This document shows, one piece after another, positions 57,795 through 64,000 of a stretch of DNA of 64,000 bases. The position numbers and the translations under genes were made by a program. Position 1 is the stretch's first letter. Each line of letters starts with the position of its first letter. Under the pieces are notes generated by a model. The model did no database searches. It was given only the letters and a program-made list of their open reading frames with translations, and had not been told where the DNA came from. The DNA is from an uncultured Gemmatimonadales bacterium. Its GTDB lineage: Bacteria; Gemmatimonadota; Gemmatimonadetes; Gemmatimonadales; GWC2-71-9. The stretch covers positions 24,152 through 88,151 of the forward strand of contig CAVRTU010000006.1 in assembly GCA_963724265.1 (NCBI GenBank), given 5' to 3'.

Positions 57795-58934
57795 GTGGCC
57801 ACCAGGCGGTTTTCATTTGCCAGGGCACCCGTCCTCGTCCTTTGCGCCGTGCTTGGGGTCGCGTGTTCCGGTGGAACCGATTCCGGGCCGCCTTACGTGG
57901 CGTGGGCAAGTCTGACGGCTGGTTGGCAGCACGCCTGCGGCCTGACCGGTGGCGGGACCGCCTATTGCTGGGGGGATGGAATCCTCGGCGAGCTCGGCGA
58001 CAGCTCGGGCCTGAATCGCCTGGCGCCGGCGGCCGTTCTCGGCGGAATCGGATTCGCGACTCTCACAGCGGGGAATTCGCATACCTGCGGCTTGACCGGC
58101 GCTGGGATCGCGTACTGCTGGGGTACTTCAGCGCACTCGGAGCTCGGTGACGGCACCTACGATCAGCGCCCTCGTTACGCTCCGGCTGCGGTAGCAGGGG
58201 GGATCGTGTTCACGGAACTCACCGCAGGCGGCTGGCATACCTGCGGCATTGATGAAGGTGGTTTGGCGTTCTGTTGGGGCTACCGCTATGGGGTCGGCCC
58301 GGCCGCCATCGAGGGTGGAATCCGGCTTGCCGATCTTTGGGCGGGTAGTATGCACAGTTGCGGCCGCACCGACGCTGGTCTGGCCTACTGTTGGGGAGAT
58401 AATTTGGCTGGTCAGCTTGGCGACGGAACGGACATCGGTCGCTTTGTTGAGGCGCCGGTCGCAGGCGGACTGACTTTCTCAAGCCTGTCGGCAGGTGGGG
58501 CCTTCAACTGCGGGCTGACCAGCGCGGGGATGGCCTGGTGCTGGGGTTACAATTTCACCGGTGCGCTCGGCGATGGCTCGAAGACCGATCGCCGCGTTCC
58601 TGTCGCGGTCGTGGGGGGACTCACCTTTCAAAGCCTGACCGCGGGCCTTGGCCATACCTGTGGCCTCACTACCACCGGCGCGGCCTACTGCTGGGGGTGG
58701 AATCAGAGTGGCCAGCTGGGAGACGGCTCGACCACCGATCGGACTTCGCCGGTGGCAGTACGAGGAGGAATCAGGTTTACCGTGCTGGTTGCGGGAGGCG
58801 AATTCACCTGTGGCCTCTCGTCTGTCGGGAGGGCGTACTGCTGGGGTGACAATGGTTACGGCGAACTTGGTGACGGGTCTCAAACCTCGCGCTCGTTTCC
58901 TGCGGCGGTGCTGGATCCCTTGCTGAACCGCTGA
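57795..58934 (+). CDS. RCC1/BLIP-II repeat lipoprotein
   Basis: LGVAC lipobox; seven repeats of LTAGxxHTCGLTxxGxAYCWGxNxxGQLGDG. Confidence 0.9.
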   Translation: MATRRFSFARAPVLVLCAVLGVACSGGTDSGPPYVAWASLTAGWQHACGLTGGGTAYCWGDGILGELGDSSGLNRLAPAAVLGGIGFATLTAGNSHTCGLTGAGIAYCWGTSAHSELGDGTYDQRPRYAPAAVAGGIVFTELTAGGWHTCGIDEGGLAFCWGYRYGVGPAAIEGGIRLADLWAGSMHSCGRTDAGLAYCWGDNLAGQLGDGTDIGRFVEAPVAGGLTFSSLSAGGAFNCGLTSAGMAWCWGYNFTGALGDGSKTDRRVPVAVVGGLTFQSLTAGLGHTCGLTTTGAAYCWGWNQSGQLGDGSTTDRTSPVAVRGGIRFTVLVAGGEFTCGLSSVGRAYCWGDNGYGELGDGSQTSRSFPAAVLDPLLNR

Positions 58935-59017
58935 AGCCGCCCCCACCCTCACGAAGGGGGACGCCGAAGTACCTTCCTCCGCGCCCGGATCGTTGAACAC
59001 CTTGCCGGAGAAGGCAT

Positions 59018-60469
59018 ATGGCAACCCCCACCACCGCCCCTCCCGCCTCTTCCGCCCCTCCCGCCGCGACCGCCCCGTCCGAGATCCTCTCTCGACAGCG
59101 GGCGGCATTCCTCCGCGATGGCCCGCCTTCCGCCAAGGCCCGGAAAGCCTCGTTGCTCCGCCTCAAGCAGCTGCTGGTCGACCACCAGGCCGACTTCGTG
59201 GCCGCGGTCTCCGCCGACTTCAGCCACCGCTCGCCGCACGAGACCATGCTGGCCGAGCTCTTCGCCACCATTGCAGGAATCCATCACTCCGCCACCCACG
59301 TCGCGTCGTGGATGCGGTCCGAGCGCCGTTCGGTCCCGTTCTACTTTCTGCCGGGCCGGGCCCGGGTGGTCTATCAGCCCCTCGGCGTGGTGGGGGTGAT
59401 TTCGCCGTGGAACTATCCGGTCAATCTCGCCCTGGCCCCGCTCGCCACCGCGCTCGCCGCCGGCAACCGGGTCATGCTCAAGCCGTCGGAGTACACCCCC
59501 GCCACCTCGGCGCTGATGGCGTCAGTGCTGGCCGAGGGATTCACCGAGGAGCAGGTCGCGGTGATCACCGGCGGCGCCGAGGTGGGGGCGGCATTCACCC
59601 GGCTGCCGTTCAATCACCTCTTCTTCACCGGCAGCACCATGGTCGGGCGGGCGGTGATGCAGGCGGCCAGCGAGCACCTGGTGCCGGTCACCCTCGAGCT
59701 CGGCGGCAAGTCGCCGGTACTGATCGACTCCGATTACTCGCTGGAGAAGGCAGTCCGCAGCATCGCCCACGGCAAGCTGTTCAATGCCGGCCAGACCTGC
59801 GTGGCGCCCGATTACGTCCTCCTGCCGGAGGGCCAGGCCGAGCGGTTCGTCACGCTCTTCGCCGAGCAGGTCAAACAGCTCTACCCCCGCCTGGGCGACA
59901 ATCCCGACTACTCCGCGATGGTGAGCCAACGGCACTACGACCGGATGCAGCTGCTGGTCGATGACGCTCGCGCCAAGGGCGCCCGGGTGGTCGAGATAAA
60001 TCCGGCCGATGAAGACTTGCGGGGGCAGGAAGGCCGCAAGTTCGCCCCGACCCTGTTGCTCGACGTCACCGATGAGATGACGGCGATGCAGGACGAGATC
60101 TTCGGGCCGGTGCTGCCGGTCCGGACCTACCGCGACTTCGACGAGGCCATCGCCTCGATCAATGCCCGGCCACGGCCGCTGGCGCTGTACTACTTCGGCA
60201 AGAGCAGTGCGCGTCAGGAAGCCGTGCTCGATCTCACCACGTCGGGCGGAGTCACCATCAACGACACCCTGCTCCACTTCCTGGCGGAGGATCTTCCCTT
60301 CGGCGGCGTGGGCGCCAGCGGGATGGGGGCCTATCACGGGCGGGAGGGATTCCTGACCTTCAGTCACCGGAAGGCGGTCTTCCGGCAGAGTGCGCTCAAC
60401 GGCAGCAACCTGCTCCGGCCGCCCTATACGAAGGTGATCGAACGGATTGTGGCGTTCCTCATGAGGTGA
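59018..60469 (+). CDS. Coniferyl-aldehyde dehydrogenase family ALDH
   Basis: SPWNYP, KPSEYTP, FTGST, LELGGKSP, NAGQTCVAPDY, EIFGP, PFGGVGASGMGAYHG. Confidence 0.9.
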   Translation: MATPTTAPPASSAPPAATAPSEILSRQRAAFLRDGPPSAKARKASLLRLKQLLVDHQADFVAAVSADFSHRSPHETMLAELFATIAGIHHSATHVASWMRSERRSVPFYFLPGRARVVYQPLGVVGVISPWNYPVNLALAPLATALAAGNRVMLKPSEYTPATSALMASVLAEGFTEEQVAVITGGAEVGAAFTRLPFNHLFFTGSTMVGRAVMQAASEHLVPVTLELGGKSPVLIDSDYSLEKAVRSIAHGKLFNAGQTCVAPDYVLLPEGQAERFVTLFAEQVKQLYPRLGDNPDYSAMVSQRHYDRMQLLVDDARAKGARVVEINPADEDLRGQEGRKFAPTLLLDVTDEMTAMQDEIFGPVLPVRTYRDFDEAIASINARPRPLALYYFGKSSARQEAVLDLTTSGGVTINDTLLHFLAEDLPFGGVGASGMGAYHGREGFLTFSHRKAVFRQSALNGSNLLRPPYTKVIERIVAFLMR

Positions 60470-60584
60470 AGGATTTCCGGTCAATTGACAGGGCTGATCT
60501 CACATTCCTATTGTGGCGCAATGTCGACCACCCCGGACGTGCCTGCCTCACGCTGCAGTTGATCACCCCCAGCAGGAGAGTACC

Positions 60585-60743
60585 ATGGATTCGAAACCGG
60601 CCAAGAAGCCCGATGAGAAGCAGAAAAGGAAGACCGGAGCCGCGCGTCCGCTGACAGAAGACGAGGCCAAGCAGGTGAAGGGTGGCACGAAGGCAGAACT
60701 GAAGGAGGGCAGCCTCAGTCCGGACATCAGCTTCAAGCGATGA
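60585..60743 (+). CDS. Double-glycine-leader precursor peptide 1 (52 aa)
   Basis: AGGAG RBS; MDSKPAKKPDEKQKRKTGAARPLTEDEAKQVKGG|TKAELKEGSLSPDISFKR. Confidence 0.75.
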   Translation: MDSKPAKKPDEKQKRKTGAARPLTEDEAKQVKGGTKAELKEGSLSPDISFKR

Positions 60744-60799
60744 TCCTGTATTCAATTGCAGGGCTGTGAACACGTAGTCATCCGTCACGGGAGGGTACC

Positions 60800-60973
60800 A
60801 TGGATTCGAAACCGACCAAGAAGCCCGAGCAGAAGCAGAAGAGGAAGACCGGAGCCGGGCGTCCAGTGACAGAGGACGAGGCCAAGCAGGTAAAGGGAGG
60901 AGCGTCAGACATCTTCGCCAAGATCGGCGACATCAAGGGTGAGTCTCTCGACATAAAGCACCGGGCCTGGTAG
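60800..60973 (+). CDS. Double-glycine-leader precursor peptide 2 (57 aa) with Hcp-like core
   Basis: GGAGG RBS; MDSKPTKKPEQKQKRKTGAGRPVTEDEAKQVKGG|ASDIFAKIGDIKGESLDIKHRAW (manual translation; below the ORF-track cutoff). Confidence 0.78.
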   Translation: MDSKPTKKPEQKQKRKTGAGRPVTEDEAKQVKGGASDIFAKIGDIKGESLDIKHRAW

Positions 60974-61009
60974 TACCGATCGAGCCACGATCCTCCCCAA
61001 CCGCAGTCT

Positions 61010-61045
61010 GAGGGATCCGCCCGCGCCTGACCGGGCGGGTCCCTC
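61010..61045 (+). terminator. Strong hairpin between the precursor genes and the enzyme gene
   Basis: gagggatccgcccg-cgcctgac-cgggcgggtccctc. Confidence 0.55.
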
Positions 61046-61109
61046 CGATCTTCTGTTCGCCGTATCTCCAGACTCCAGCGCCCCAATCGCATCCTCGGCC
61101 CGAGGCCAC

Positions 61110-62195
61110 ATGTTCACCTCCTCGAGTCCACTGCCACCGCTCTACGACCGGTGGATGCAGCAGTGCCTCCAGGGTGCGATCCCCCCGGAGCCGAAGGCCA
61201 CCTGTCACGATTGCGCCATGTGTGCTGCCGAGAGGGCCGAGCCCTCGCGGGAGGCGGTGTTTTTCAACCCCGCGAGCAAGTGCTGCACCTACATGCCGAC
61301 GCTGTGGAACTTCCTGGTGGGTTCACTCCTGGAGGACGACAGTCCCGAAGCCGCCGCAGGACGCCAGACCGTCGAAGCCCGGATCGATGCCGGGGTGGCC
61401 GTCACCCCCCTGGGACTCGCCAGCCCGCCGGTCTATCAACTGTTGTATTCCCGGATTGTGGGCGCCTTCGGCCGGGCGCAGAGCATGCGTTGTCCTCACT
61501 ACATCGAGGAGGGTGGGCGGTGTGGGGTGTGGCGCGCCCGCGAGTCCACCTGTGCCACGTGGTTCTGCAAGCACGAACGAGGCGCCGTGGCCAGGGAATT
61601 CTGGAATCAGCTGCATCGGCTCCTCGTGCTGGCCGAACGCGGCGTCAGCCGCTGGTGCCTGTTGCAGCTCGAACTCGGCGAGGAGGCCCTCCGCGCGCTG
61701 ATGCCGCTGCCGCAGGCGGGCACCGCCGACCCGATGACCGCCGCCGATTTTGACCATCGTGCCGATCCACAGACTTACCGGCGGAAATGGGGGCGTTGGG
61801 CGGGCAAGGAGCGGGAGTTCTTCCGTCGAGCGGGTCACCTGGCCCGGGAGCTTCCGTGGAGCAAGGTGCGCGAGCTGGGCGGGGCGGAGGCAGCAATCGC
61901 GGAGGTCCTCGTCCAGGAGGCCTTCGGGCGGCTGCTCTCGACCGAATTGCCGGAGCGGATCCGGGCCGGGTCGTTCAGGCTTGTGCCAGATTCCGGCGGT
62001 GGGGGGCTGGCGATCGCCTACTCCGGAAACGACCCGCTCAGGCTCTCGGGGGCGATACTTGGAATCCTTCCCTTCTTCGACGGCCAACCGACCAGTGCCG
62101 CGCTCCAGGCAATTCGGGAGACGCGCGGGCTCGACGTGTCCCCGGCGTTGCTCCGCAAGCTGGTGGACTTCGGCGTGCTGGAGGATGCGGGGTGA
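61110..62195 (+). CDS. Cys-rich YkgJ/FliB-like (putative Fe-S or Zn) enzyme with possible C-terminal RRE-like domain
   Basis: CHDCAMC...KCCTY...CPHY..GGRCGVWRARESTCATWFC; C-terminal strands followed by helices ending LLRKLVDFGVL. Confidence 0.65.
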   Translation: MFTSSSPLPPLYDRWMQQCLQGAIPPEPKATCHDCAMCAAERAEPSREAVFFNPASKCCTYMPTLWNFLVGSLLEDDSPEAAAGRQTVEARIDAGVAVTPLGLASPPVYQLLYSRIVGAFGRAQSMRCPHYIEEGGRCGVWRARESTCATWFCKHERGAVAREFWNQLHRLLVLAERGVSRWCLLQLELGEEALRALMPLPQAGTADPMTAADFDHRADPQTYRRKWGRWAGKEREFFRRAGHLARELPWSKVRELGGAEAAIAEVLVQEAFGRLLSTELPERIRAGSFRLVPDSGGGGLAIAYSGNDPLRLSGAILGILPFFDGQPTSAALQAIRETRGLDVSPALLRKLVDFGVLEDAG

Positions 62196-62430
62196 GAAGG
62201 GAGCAGTGAGCGGGGAGCAGGGAGCAGGGAGCCGGGAACGGGGAGGGATCTAGCGAGCACTTTCCGGGGCCACGCCTGAGGCGCCACAACGCACACGGAG
62301 ACCGAAGCAATCTGCGGAATCTGCGAAATCTGCGGACCAGATCCCTCGGGCCGTTGGCCCTCGGGATGAGGAACGCGTTTCGGCACTACTGTTGTGGCGC
62401 CGAGTTACCGGAAGGTGCAGATTCGCACCG

Positions 62431-64000
62431 GTGACCCCCCGCCGTGCGGCGACACCGATCCTCGCTCTCCTGACTCTTTCGCTGGCACCACCCCTGCGTG
62501 CCCAGGTGGACAGCGCCGGCACCTTCGTTCCCCACGTTCTGGTCACCGACGCCACCATCAAGCTCGATGGCCATCCTGACGAGCCGGTCTGGTTGCAGGC
62601 CGATTCCATCACCCAGTTCACTCAGCGCGAGCCCGACGAGGGGCAGCCGGTCACCGAGCGCACGGTGGTGCGGTTCCTGGCTCGGCCCGACGGGCTCTAC
62701 ATCGGCTTCTGGGGCTACGACCGGGAGCCGCGCTCCATCCGCCACGCCCAGCTCAAGCGCGACGCCGACTTCGAGTCGGACGACGCCTTCTACATCCTCC
62801 TCGATCCGCAGCAGAGCAAGCGCTCGGGCTACATCTTCGCCGTCAACCCCAATGGGGCGATGGTCCGACGGCGAGATCATCAAGGTGGACCAGGCCAACT
62901 ACGACTGGGACGGGGTCTGGGACGCCCGCGCCGTGATCACCGAGCAGGGATGGTTCGCCGAGCTGGCCATCCCCTGGACTACCCTGCGCTACCGGGTGGG
63001 CGCCCCGGCCTGGGGGATCAACGTCGAACGGTTCCTCCGGCGGACCAACCAGGACGCCCTCTGGCGCAGCTACCTGCGCCAGCAGGGGCTCCTGTTCCAG
63101 CAGGATGAAGGGGAACTGGCGGGCTTCGAGGGCATCGGCCACGGGGGGCGCGCCGAGTTGCGGCCCTATGTCGCCGGGATCGGGAGGATGAGCGAGCGCA
63201 GCTTTGACTCGCTCGGCGTGGACAGCGTCACCCAGCCGGGCGGCATGGACCTGCGGGGGGGCGCCGACCTCCGGATCGGAGTCACGCCCACCCTGACCGC
63301 CGACTTCACCGCCAACACCGATTTTGCCCAGGTGGACGTGGACCAGCAGGTCCTCAACCTGACGCGCTTCGTCTTCTTCTTTCCGGAGAAGCGCCCCTTC
63401 TTTCTCGAGGGGGCTGGCATCTTCGACCTGGGCCAGGAGGAGCGGAACCTCCTCTTCTACAGCCGGCGGATCGGGCTGGCCGACAGCGGGCAGACCGTTC
63501 CGCTGGTCGGAGGCGCCCGGCTGCAGGGACGGACCGGGCACGAGCAGGTGGGGCTCCTGCTGGTCAAGACCGGCGGCACCCAGGACGCCTGGGACGGCGT
63601 CGGGCGCATCAAGCACGACGTAATGTCACGGGGTTACGTGGGGGCGATGTTCACCGGCCAGCAGCTCCCCGACCAGCCCGGAAAGCTGGGCGCCGGTCTC
63701 GACTTCCAGCTCCCCTTCATCGTCGGCGGCCAGAACCTGGTGTTCTCGGGGTACGCGATCGGGACCACTGACCTTGGCAGGAGTTGGGGCAACTCCTGGC
63801 GCCTGTTTCTCGACTATCCCAACGACTGGTCCAACGACTTCTTCGCCGTCAGCCGGCTCTCGGGCGACTACGACCCCGCCCTCGGCTTCGTGCTGGAGCG
63901 CGGCGTCTGGCGCCACACGGCCGGGTTCGAGTTCTTCCCGCGCCCCCACCTGCTCGGCATTCGCAAGTTGCTGCTCAAGGTGATCGAGTGGGACGTGAAC
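62431..64000 (+). CDS. CBM9-like sugar-binding / DUF5916 outer-membrane protein (frameshift near 62865; runs off the window)
   Basis: IKLDGHPDEPVW, FTQREPDEG, FAVNPNG, WFAELAIPW, NTDFAQVDVD, FFPEKRPFFLEG, FYSRRIG. Confidence 0.85.

Noticed and set aside
61110-62195. CHDCAMC as a radical SAM motif
   Set aside because: Spacing is CxxCxxC rather than CxxxCxxC, and no TIM-barrel motifs are visible; a YkgJ-type cluster fits better

Overview
GC-rich bacterial chromosome segment. Gene content and order resemble Gemmatimonadota (inference). Many single-base frameshifts in conserved genes are most likely long-read or assembly errors. The backbone carries DUF58/BatA, mfd, two SurA-type PPIases, pdxA, hisG/hisZ/hisD, typA, metZ, mmsA, icd/aceK, sufE, transporters, arsM/arsN2 and six tRNA genes. 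Main points of interest: (1) a candidate RiPP-like locus at 60.5-62.2 kb with two duplicated double-glycine-leader peptides, one with a core resembling the N-terminus of the T6SS tube protein Hcp, next to a Cys-rich YkgJ-like enzyme; (2) a lower-GC island after tRNA-Lys encoding a ClpP-fold protease, a DNA methyltransferase, a GHKL ATPase and a putative regulator; (3) a 22-24 bp dispersed element found three times, inserted into genes and repeat arrays; (4) tandem-repeat hairpins, one family of which brackets a four-helix-bundle gene and also occurs as an empty copy.
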